Part shown: piece after piece, positions 39,592-47,181 of the stretch
How positions within the stretch are numbered: position 1 is the stretch's first letter
How the letters are laid out: every line of letters begins with the position of its first letter
From: Actinomycetota bacterium
GTDB lineage: Bacteria; Actinomycetota; UBA4738; HRBIN12
DNA length: 64,000 nt
Direction: 5' to 3'
NCBI GenBank assembly: GCA_035249905.1
Contig: DATFFT010000011.1
Coordinates: 3,502-67,501, forward strand
The notes under the pieces: model-generated
Seen by the model: only the letters and a program-made list of their open reading frames with translations
Told to the model about the DNA's origin: nothing
The model's database searches: none
Made by a program: the position numbers and the translations under genes

Positions 39592-40391
39592 CCGATGGCG
39601 TACCTCAGGAAGAGATGAGATCCGTGCCTGCGGACGCTCAGAAGATCCCCGGAGATGGATCGAGACGGCAGAAGCTCGGCTCCCTCGACGAGCCCCGGTC
39701 GGCCGCCGACATCGGAACGCCCGGCGAGGATCGGCGACAGCGTGAGGAAGAGCTCGTCGAGGAGGTCCGTCTGGAGCAGGCCGCCGATCACCGAGGGGCC
39801 ACCTTCCGAAAGCACGATGCGATGGCCCTCACTCCGGATGGCGGCGACAGCATCGACCGGATCGATCGATGGGCCGTCCCCCAACGCGACAGCGGTCGAC
39901 GACCCGGGGAGTCGACCCTCCAGCTGCGTCGCGCCATAGCGCGTCGTCAGGATCAGAGCCCCCGACTCCAGCGCCGGGTGATGAGGGTTCACCTCACCGC
40001 GTGCGGTGAGCAGGACCAGGCGGGGCTCGTCTGCGCGTCCCAGATGGTTCCGGAGCTCGGCGAACTCGATCGCCGCGCCAGGATAGATGAACGTCGGTGT
40101 CCACAGCGAATCGGGCGCGGCCCGTAACGTGCCCGCCCCGATGAGGACGGCGTCGGCGCAGGCTCGGAGCAGGCCCATCACGTAACGATCGGCCTCGCTT
40201 CGCCCGCTGATCATCTGGCTGGAGTGATCCTGGCCCTCGATCGCAACCACCCCGTCGAGGGAGGCGACGAAGTTCGCGTACAAACATGGGGCTTCGAACC
40301 CCAGGCTTCCCCCGTAGAACCGCTCCAGATCGTTGGGGAGGTCGTAGGAGGGCAAGCCCCGCCCCTCGAACACCAGATCCATCGGGACCAT
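39588..40391 (-). CDS. RibD C-terminal domain / dihydrofolate-reductase-like NADPH reductase family protein
   Basis: ANFVASLDGVVAIEG...VLIGAGTLRA...GGPSVIGGLLQTDLLDELFLTLSPILAG, typical of the RibD_C fold. Starts 14 nt downstream of folE. Confidence 0.7.
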   Translation of the reverse strand: MVPMDLVFEGRGLPSYDLPNDLERFYGGSLGFEAPCLYANFVASLDGVVAIEGQDHSSQMISGRSEADRYVMGLLRACADAVLIGAGTLRAAPDSLWTPTFIYPGAAIEFAELRNHLGRADEPRLVLLTARGEVNPHHPALESGALILTTRYGATQLEGRLPGSSTAVALGDGPSIDPVDAVAAIRSEGHRIVLSEGGPSVIGGLLQTDLLDELFLTLSPILAGRSDVGGRPGLVEGAELLPSRSISGDLLSVRRHGSHLFLRYAIG

Positions 40392-40404
40392 GGCGGGTCA
40401 ACCC

Positions 40405-41094
40405 CTACCGAGGGCGGGTCACGGCGTGCAAGAACGCCTGACGGAGCTCAGGGTCCTCTTCGTACGTACCTCGCCAGAAGGACGTCCACGTGCTGGACTG
40501 CTCCTCGCGGACCCCACGCATCTGGGTGCACAGGTGCGTGGCCTGCAGATGCACGGCCACCCCGTGGGGGTGAAGGACCTCGACGAGCGTGTCGGCGACC
40601 TGCTGCCCGATGCGCTCTTGGACGGTGAACCGTCGCGCGAACAGCCGAACGAGCCTGGTCATCTTCGAGATCCCGATGATCTGTTCGTGGGCGATGTAGC
40701 CGATGTGGGCGGAACCGTGGAACGGCAGGGCATGATGCTCGCACAACGCGAAGAACGATATGGGTCCCTCGATGACCTGGCTGATCCGGCAATCCGGCCC
40801 TCCTCGGCATTCCGTCGGAAACGCGGTCAGCAGCTTGGGGTCCCCTTCGTATCCCGACGTCGAATCGAACAGGGCCTTCAGGAAGCGTCGAGGCGTGTCC
40901 CTGGTAGCCGGGGTATCGAGGTCCATGCCGAACGTCGAGAAGATCTCGGCCAAGTAGCTCTCGAACCGCTCCTGCAGTCCGGGGTCGAGGTCCCGCGGAA
41001 CGACACCCTCCCAAGGCGTCGCTTCTTCGGGATCACCCTCCCGGATCGCGGTCCGGGGGCCTTGAGCCGAGGTGGATCCTGGCTGATCGATCAT
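40405..41094 (-). CDS. folE: GTP cyclohydrolase I (FolE type), with N-terminal extension
   Basis: FFALCEHHALPFHGSAHIGY and LQATHLCTQMRGV. ATG 41094 chosen (AGGAG 8 nt upstream); the ORF extends to 41244. Confidence 0.88.
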   Translation of the reverse strand: MIDQPGSTSAQGPRTAIREGDPEEATPWEGVVPRDLDPGLQERFESYLAEIFSTFGMDLDTPATRDTPRRFLKALFDSTSGYEGDPKLLTAFPTECRGGPDCRISQVIEGPISFFALCEHHALPFHGSAHIGYIAHEQIIGISKMTRLVRLFARRFTVQERIGQQVADTLVEVLHPHGVAVHLQATHLCTQMRGVREEQSSTWTSFWRGTYEEDPELRQAFLHAVTRPR

Positions 41095-41269
41095 CGCTCG
41101 TACTCCTATCCGCTCGATCACGCTATCGAGGCGGCCCTGATGCCGCCTGCTTCTCGCACGTCGCGAGCACGTGCAGACTAGGTCGCCCGCTTCGCGTCCG
41201 CATCCGCGCCGTCGGGTGAGCGCCTCTCGAGGAAGAGGGGTCACGTCGGTTCCGGCCGAGACGCAGGTG

Positions 41270-42649
41270 TCAGGCCATCGTGCCGAGCACGGCTCGCACG
41301 TGGTCGATCGTCGTGCGCGGATTCACGAAGCACAGTCGCGCGAGCTTCTCGCCCCTCCACGTCGTCGGTTGCACGAACGCGATCTGGGACTCGAGGAGCC
41401 GTCGCCACCACGTCTCGTAGTCGGCGTCGCCCCAGCCCCTGCGTCGGAAGAGAACCACCGAGAGCTCCGGATCCATCACGAGCTCGAGCGCGGCTCGATC
41501 CCGGATCTCGTCGGCGGTCTCGCGCGTGAGCGAGAGCACCTGCTCGATCGCGTCGCGGTAGGAGTCGGTGCCGTAGGTCGCGAGCGAGAACCATAACGGA
41601 AGCCCGCGGGCCCGCCGCGACAGGTGGTAGGCGTAGTCGGCGGGGTTCCACTCGCTCCATTCGGCCTCGGGTTGGTTCACCGTGTCGAGGTAGCCGGCTT
41701 CCTGCCGGAAGACGCCGTGTGCCCTCGTGGGCTCGCGGTAGACGAGCGCGCAACAGTCGTAGGGCGCGAATAGCCACTTGTGCGGGTCGACGATGAAGGA
41801 GTCGGCGCGCTCGATGCCCCGGAATCGATCGCGCACCGACGGCGCGGCGAGCCCGGCGCCTCCGTATGCGCCGTCGACGTGGAACCAGATCGAGCGTTCG
41901 GCGCAAACCTCGGCCACGCCGGCCAGGTCGTCGACGGTGCCCGCGTTCGTGGCTCCGGCGCTCGCCACCACCGCGAAGACGCTCGCTGCCTCCTCGGGGC
42001 CGAGCCCGTCGAGACGCTCGCCGAGCGCCCCGCCCGTGAGCCGCCCGCGTTCATCGCCCGGCACCTTGATCACACCGACGTCGATCACGCGGGCGGCGGT
42101 GGCGACCGACGAGTGCACGCTCTCGGCCACCGCGATCTTCCATCCGGTGGCCGGACGTCCACCCAGCCGTGCGGTCGCGGTGGCTCGGGCCGCGACGAGC
42201 GCCGAGAGGTTCCCCGCCGAGCCACCGCTCACGAACACCCCGCCGGCGCCGGCCGGGAACCCGGCGAGGTCGGCGAGCCAGCGCAGCGCCTGGTTCTCTG
42301 CCCAGATCGCGCCCGCGCCGTCGATCCACCCCGCCGCGATCGTCGACGACGCCCCCACCACCAGGTCGAAGAGCACCGACGCCTTCGTCGGCGCTCCCGG
42401 CACGAACGCCATCGACGAGGGATGGTCCGTTGAGATCGTGGCGGGAGCCAGCACCTCGGCCCACACGCGCAAGGCTTCCTCGCCGCCGATGCCCTCGGGC
42501 GTCACGGTTTCCCTGGCGCGCCGGGTGAGCTCCTCGCCGGTCGCGGAGCCGTCGAGCGGCTGGGGGCTCGCGATGCGACCTCGGGCGTACGCGACGATCG
42601 CGCGCGAGAGCGCCTCGGTCTCGTCGGTGTAGCGGTGCATCTGTGCCAC
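41270..42649 (-). CDS. Pyridoxal-phosphate-dependent decarboxylase (group II, amino-acid decarboxylase family)
   Basis: FHVDGAYGGAG and SFIVDPHKWLFAPYDCCALVY (PLP-lysine region). 459 aa. Confidence 0.85.
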   Translation of the reverse strand: MAQMHRYTDETEALSRAIVAYARGRIASPQPLDGSATGEELTRRARETVTPEGIGGEEALRVWAEVLAPATISTDHPSSMAFVPGAPTKASVLFDLVVGASSTIAAGWIDGAGAIWAENQALRWLADLAGFPAGAGGVFVSGGSAGNLSALVAARATATARLGGRPATGWKIAVAESVHSSVATAARVIDVGVIKVPGDERGRLTGGALGERLDGLGPEEAASVFAVVASAGATNAGTVDDLAGVAEVCAERSIWFHVDGAYGGAGLAAPSVRDRFRGIERADSFIVDPHKWLFAPYDCCALVYREPTRAHGVFRQEAGYLDTVNQPEAEWSEWNPADYAYHLSRRARGLPLWFSLATYGTDSYRDAIEQVLSLTRETADEIRDRAALELVMDPELSVVLFRRRGWGDADYETWWRRLLESQIAFVQPTTWRGEKLARLCFVNPRTTIDHVRAVLGTMA

Positions 42650-42718
42650 GTCGGCACTCCCCTCACGCGCGAAGGGCCGGCCCGAAGGCCGGCCCCGCCG
42701 CGCCGTCTCGCTCGAGAC

Positions 42719-44101
42719 CTAGCTCGCGAGCTCCTGGCAGAACTCGCCGAACGCGTCGACGTAGGTCTGGATGTCGCCCTCGGTGTGCTGCACCGAGATC
42801 GTCCACTGCTCCTCGTCGCCGGGCGTCATGAAGATGCCCCGGTTGACCATCCACGGGTAGGAGGCCCAGTAGATGTCGGGGATCGTCTCGAGGAAGTCCC
42901 GGTAGTCCGTGAGCGGCTCGGCTCGGTACGACACGCAGCCCTTCGCCCCGAGATCGACCGTGTGCGCCGGTATGCCGCCCTCGGCGATCGCCCGGTTGCA
43001 CCCCTCGGCGAGCATCGTGCCGAGCTTGCCGAGGTGGTCGTAGGCGTCGCGGGTGAGCACCTGGGTCAGCGCCGCGAGGCCGACCGCCGACGAGAGCGGG
43101 TTCCCGTTGAACGTGCCCTGTTGGGCGGCCCCCTTCGTGACGTGCTCCATGATCGACGCGTCGCCCCCGAAGGCACCCGTGGTCGCGCCGCCGCCGATCG
43201 CCTTGGCCCACGCCGCGAGGTGCGGCACCACGCCGAATCGCTCGGCCGCGCCGCCGTAGGCGATCGTGCCGCCGCATTTGACCTCGTCGAAGATCAGCAC
43301 GGCGCCGTGGCGCTCGCAGGTGTCCTTGAGCGCCTGCAGGTACCCGTCGGCCGGCACCACGATGCCGATGTTCATCATCACCGGCTCGAGGATCACGGCC
43401 GCGATCTCACCGGGGTTGTCGGCGAAGGCCGCCTCGACCGCGGCGGCGTCGTTGAACGGGACGACGATCGTGGTGTCCCAGAGCGCCCGCGGGATCCCCT
43501 TCGACGTCGGCTGTGTGGTGTACCAGGGTCGACCGCTCTCGTCGACGTTGTGCCGCAGGTCGAGCACGTCGGCCTCGGGCACGACGGAGAACAGCACCGA
43601 GTCGTGGTGGCCGTGGTAGGACCCTTCCATCTTCACGATCTTGTCGCGGCCGGTCGCCGCACGGGCGACCCTGATCGCGTCCATCGTGGCCTCGGTGCCC
43701 GAGTTCACGAACCGCATCCGGTCGACCTGGAATCGCGAGCAGATCTCCTCGGCGAGCGCAACCGTCGTCTCGGTGGTCACGGCGAAGTGGATCGCGTCGT
43801 CTGCGGCCTTCTTGATCGCTTCGACGATCTTCGGGTGCGCATGCCCGACCACGTTCACGCCGAACCCGCCGTGGAAGTCGGTGTACACGTTGCCGTCGAC
43901 GTCGGTGACCGACGATCCCTTGCCGTGGGCTAGGTAGACCGGGTAAGGGTCGCCCGTCTGGAAGTTCGAGACCACGCCGTTCGGTAGCGACCTCGTGGCC
44001 CGCTGGTAGAGCTTCTCCGACGCCTGGGTCCGCGCCAGCCAATCCTTGGTTTCCTTGTCGGCGATCTCCGCCGCGCGCGCCTTCAACCGGTCGAGGTCCA
44101 C
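42719..44101 (-). CDS. Class III (HemL/GSA-aminomutase-like) PLP-dependent aminotransferase
   Basis: Start at GTG 44101, 8 nt after GGAGG; the upstream part of ORF 42719..44482 is an Arg/Gly-rich shadow. Motifs YQRATRSLPNGVVSNF, GSYHGHHD and LIFDEVKCG. Confidence 0.85.
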   Translation of the reverse strand: MDLDRLKARAAEIADKETKDWLARTQASEKLYQRATRSLPNGVVSNFQTGDPYPVYLAHGKGSSVTDVDGNVYTDFHGGFGVNVVGHAHPKIVEAIKKAADDAIHFAVTTETTVALAEEICSRFQVDRMRFVNSGTEATMDAIRVARAATGRDKIVKMEGSYHGHHDSVLFSVVPEADVLDLRHNVDESGRPWYTTQPTSKGIPRALWDTTIVVPFNDAAAVEAAFADNPGEIAAVILEPVMMNIGIVVPADGYLQALKDTCERHGAVLIFDEVKCGGTIAYGGAAERFGVVPHLAAWAKAIGGGATTGAFGGDASIMEHVTKGAAQQGTFNGNPLSSAVGLAALTQVLTRDAYDHLGKLGTMLAEGCNRAIAEGGIPAHTVDLGAKGCVSYRAEPLTDYRDFLETIPDIYWASYPWMVNRGIFMTPGDEEQWTISVQHTEGDIQTYVDAFGEFCQELAS

Positions 44102-44172
44102 GCGTATCACCTCCTGAGTCGGGCCAGGGTACTCGTCCCTTCGACGCCCGCGCAATGCTGGGGATGTTGCCC

Positions 44173-44670
44173 TCAGGGGCGGTAGTTCGTGAACTGCAGC
44201 GCCAGCCCGAAGTCGTGTTCCTTGACGGCGCGGATCGCCGCCTGCAGGTCGTCCTTGCTCTTGCCCAGCACGCGCACCTGCGCACCTTGGATCTGGGTCT
44301 GGATCTTCGGCACCGACCCGCGCACGAACTTCGAGATCTCCTTGGTCTTCTCGTCGCTGATGCCCGTGACGATCGTGACGGTCTGCTTGGCCGTGCCCTT
44401 GGCGGCATCTTCGATCGCGCCCGCCTGCAGCGCCTTCAGCGGGATGCTTCGCTTGACTGCCCGCTCCTGCAGCACCTGCCACGCCGCTTTGAGCCGATCC
44501 TCTGTGGCCGAGTGCAGCTCGATCGTGCCGTCGCCGAGCGTGATCGAGGTGTCGGTGCCCTTGAAGTCGAAGCGCTGGGAGATCTCGCGCCCGGTCTGGT
44601 CGACCGCGTTGCGGACCTCCTGCATGTCGACCTCGCTCACGATGTCGAAGGAGAACTGGTCTTTCGCCAT
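44173..44670 (-). CDS. yajQ: YajQ family nucleotide/cyclic-di-GMP-binding protein (UPF0234)
   Basis: MAKDQFSFDIVSEVDMQEVRNAVDQTGREISQRFDFKG is near-canonical YajQ. 165 aa from ATG 44670. Confidence 0.9.
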   Translation of the reverse strand: MAKDQFSFDIVSEVDMQEVRNAVDQTGREISQRFDFKGTDTSITLGDGTIELHSATEDRLKAAWQVLQERAVKRSIPLKALQAGAIEDAAKGTAKQTVTIVTGISDEKTKEISKFVRGSVPKIQTQIQGAQVRVLGKSKDDLQAAIRAVKEHDFGLALQFTNYRP

Positions 44671-44736
44671 GGGCCGCATCGTACCGCCGGCCGGTGCGGG
44701 GTGGCGCGGCGGTTCGCTATCCTCGATGCGCACCAC

Positions 44737-44820
44737 GGGAGGATGCCCGAGTGGCCAAAGGGAGCGGCCTGTAAAGTCGCCGGCGATGCCTACGGAGGTT
44801 CGAATCCTCCTCCTCCCACC
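44737..44820 (+). tRNA. tRNA-Tyr (anticodon GTA), class II with long variable arm
   Basis: - Acceptor GGGAGGA pairs with TCCTCCC.
- Anticodon stem GCGGC/GTCGC with loop CTGTAAA.
- Long variable arm.
- T arm GGAGG-TTCGAAT-CCTCC.
- Overall close to E. coli tRNA-Tyr as I recall it.
- The 3' end reads ACC then G, so CCA is not fully encoded. Confidence 0.9.
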
Positions 44821-45270
44821 GACCGAGGGGTGTTCTCAATACTGAGGCCCCTGACATCTCAGAACCCACAGCTACGGCCCCTCCGTGCTCCCGAACGCGA
44901 TCAGGCCTTCAGCCTGACGGTGGGTCCCTTCCGGCAGGCGAGCGCCTGGAATCGATGTCGGTCCAGGTTCCCTTCTTGCGCTTGGCCCGGCGATGCGGCC
45001 TCTCCGCCCCTCGCCTTCTCGTGCGTCTTCTTGGCAAGGAGGGAGCGAATGCGGTCGAGGTTCGTCGAGGGTGCCAACGCGATGCTGAAGGGGCGGGTTC
45101 GAGAACATCGGACACAAGTTCTTCCGCGTCTTCGGCCTGACGAAGATGACCTTCCACCTCGATGGATCACGCGAACTAGCAGGTTCGTCAGCCGCTACGC
45201 GGCAGTCCGCCTACCGACCGGGGGTCGCGCAATCCGGCGCGTCGTCGTGGCGGAGGCGGCTTCGGCTACC

Positions 45271-45558
45271 TCAGTTCCGGCCCGGGCAGGGTGCTGGCGC
45301 GAAGAAACCACCGTCCCCGACATCGAGCGGTGCACTGCCCACGTCTCTCGGGATGAGCCCGCTGATGGGTCCACCGTTGAGGGACGACGCTGGAGTGGTG
45401 TCCGTTCGGTTCGCGCCGGTGACAGAGACATCTCCGCCGCACCTCAGGAGAGGCGTGATGCCGTGAACGTGCGCCGAAGCGCTACCAACAGGAACCAATA
45501 CAAGCGTCATCGCGAGAACTGCACCGGTCACGTTCCGGCGTAAGCGACCCCTCATCAC
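45271..45558 (-). CDS. Hypothetical small secreted protein (about 94 aa, Sec signal peptide)
   Basis: AAGGGAG lies 6 nt before ATG 45555. The N-terminus RRNVTGAVLAMTLVLVPVGSASA-HV looks like a signal peptide with an AXA site. The mature part has 2 Cys. GC3 is unusually low for this window. A plus-strand ORF (45049..45543) competes with it. Confidence 0.4.
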   Translation of the reverse strand: MMRGRLRRNVTGAVLAMTLVLVPVGSASAHVHGITPLLRCGGDVSVTGANRTDTTPASSLNGGPISGLIPRDVGSAPLDVGDGGFFAPAPCPGRN

Positions 45559-45746
45559 GCACTCCCTTCACTCGCTCGGACCGTCGGGGGAAGTACGGGC
45601 CGCGAGCGGCCTGGGTTCACGCCGAGGGAGAAAAGGGACGCCGAGGCCGCTGAACGAGGCATCGCGGGTCTGCGGTCGGCAGGTGGAGTCGCGCGAGAAC
45701 TCGCCGGTACCGGTGTCGATCCGATGGTGCTTCATCCCGTCCATCC

Positions 45747-46244
45747 CTACGTCGAACGGTGTGCGTCGGCTGCCGCCGCCTCCATGCGCTCGAACATCTT
45801 GTGAGCCTGCGCCTCGTCCAGCGCTTCTTCGAGGACCGGAACATAAAGCTCCTCTTCCTTCGTGAAGTGCAACTTGACGAGTGTGTAGAGCCCGTACAGC
45901 ACCCGGCGGGCGTCGGTCAGCGCCTCGGCCGGCAGGTCGTCGCCAAGGAGCCGGCCCTCGACGTGCTCGAGCCGTTCGGTGAGGGCCCCAACCTCGACGT
46001 GGTCTCGAACCATCGGCGCCGTCGCACGCGGCGCTGCCATCGCGCGCTCCACTTCCGGGTACAGCACGGCTTCCTCGGCCTGTGCGTGCGGGATCAGATG
46101 CTCCCGCAGGAACGCCGACACCTCCGCGATCCGTGTGCGCAGTACGTCCGGCGGAACCGATCCGACCGCGTCGGCGACGTCACCGATCGCCTCGATGTGC
46201 GGCAGTAGGTCTCGGTGCTCGTCACGCAGCGGTTGCATGGTCAT
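45747..46244 (-). CDS. Hemerythrin-like (HHE cation-binding) domain protein
   Basis: LRDEHRDLLPHIE, LIPHAQAEEAVLYPEV and HFTKEEELYVP. Start is ATG 46244 (alternative GTG 46253). Confidence 0.75.
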   Translation of the reverse strand: MTMQPLRDEHRDLLPHIEAIGDVADAVGSVPPDVLRTRIAEVSAFLREHLIPHAQAEEAVLYPEVERAMAAPRATAPMVRDHVEVGALTERLEHVEGRLLGDDLPAEALTDARRVLYGLYTLVKLHFTKEEELYVPVLEEALDEAQAHKMFERMEAAAADAHRST

Positions 46245-46489
46245 CGGTAGCACCTGCCTTCCCTTCGAAAGCTCATGCCCAGGAACAGGAGCATCATCAG
46301 AGCTCCCACGAACCAGCCCATCCGTTCGTCATGGGTACCACACCTCCTGAGCCACCCTCTACTTCCGCTCGCTGTCGGGCGTGAGGGTCGAAGGCCCCAT
46401 TCCAAGCGGGACCCCCGATATCCCTAGTCAATGATGATGTGCCGGGTGCTCTGGATACGCGCCTGGAGGTTGCCTTATACGGTGAGTGG

Positions 46490-46981
46490 ATGGAATCGTC
46501 CGAGGCCCTCCCCGTCGCGCTCCGCGAGACGGTCGACGCGGACCTCGGCACGTTGTTCGAGTTCCAGGCCGACGCTGAAGCGAGCGCCATGGCAGCGTTC
46601 CCCTCCCGCGACCTGCCCGCCTTCCTCGAGCACCAGGCGAAGATCGAGGCCGACCCATCGACGATCACGAGAACGATCGTCGCCGGCGGGGAAGTCGTCG
46701 GCTCGATCGGCAGCTGGCCGGCCGAAGGGGACCGCGACGTCGGGTTCTGGATCGGACGCCCTCACTGGGGGAACGGCTACGCGACGGCGGCCTTGCGAGC
46801 CTTCCTCGATGTTGACCCTCACAGGCCGATGCACGCGCATGTGGCGGACCACAACGTCGGTTCCAGGCGGGTGCTCGAGAAGTGCGGCTTCGTGCTCGAC
46901 CACTCGACCCAAGAAGAAGCCGTGCTGGAACACGTGCTCGTGCTGACCGATCGACGCGGCAGGGGAGGTCGCTGGGCGTGA
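46490..46981 (+). CDS. GNAT family N-acetyltransferase
   Basis: VGFWIGRPHWGNGYATAALRAFL and HNVGSRRVLEKCGF. Start is ATG 46490 (alternative 46439). Confidence 0.75.
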   Translation: MESSEALPVALRETVDADLGTLFEFQADAEASAMAAFPSRDLPAFLEHQAKIEADPSTITRTIVAGGEVVGSIGSWPAEGDRDVGFWIGRPHWGNGYATAALRAFLDVDPHRPMHAHVADHNVGSRRVLEKCGFVLDHSTQEEAVLEHVLVLTDRRGRGGRWA

Positions 46982-47181
46982 TGAGCGGATCGTGCCGGAC
47001 CCACCGGTCCGGAAGGCTTTCATCGGTGCGGGACAAGACGATCTGGGCTTCGTCCATGAGCACGGCGGGACGACCGCCACTGACGTCGGCCACCGGTTCT
47101 TTCAGGATCGGGATGCTCCGCACGAGCACTGCAGCACGAGTCGTGAACGCCCCACGTCCCGGTGTCCTACCCTTCCCGAGC

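Noticed and set aside
44155-45543. 462-aa plus-strand ORF running antisense through yajQ and straight across the tRNA-Tyr gene.
   Set aside because: It cannot be a real CDS across a tRNA and a well-supported opposite-strand gene. Only its last 164 codons (from ATG 45049) are kept, as a weak alternative in the findings.
44821-46430. Calling the region after tRNA-Tyr a genomic island or prophage remnant.
   Set aside because: No integrase, transposase or phage gene was recognised in any frame, and I could not confirm an att-like direct repeat by eye. Only the compositional shift and the ambiguous small ORFs are reported.
46985-47020. Short hairpin GGACC-CACC-GGTCC just after the GNAT stop, and CCGAC-GCC-GTCGG after the DUF885 stop (~54900), as intrinsic terminators.
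   Set aside because: The stems are only 5 bp with no following T-tract, which is too weak to annotate as terminators from sequence alone.
46882-47181. 100-codon extension upstream of the cyclase regulator; similar extensions at 44102-44482 (aminotransferase) and 41095-41244 (folE).
   Set aside because: The extensions are low-complexity and basic, and overlap neighbouring genes or leaders. Internal starts give family-typical N-termini, and for two of them a properly spaced Shine-Dalgarno. The folE case is less certain and is flagged in the findings.
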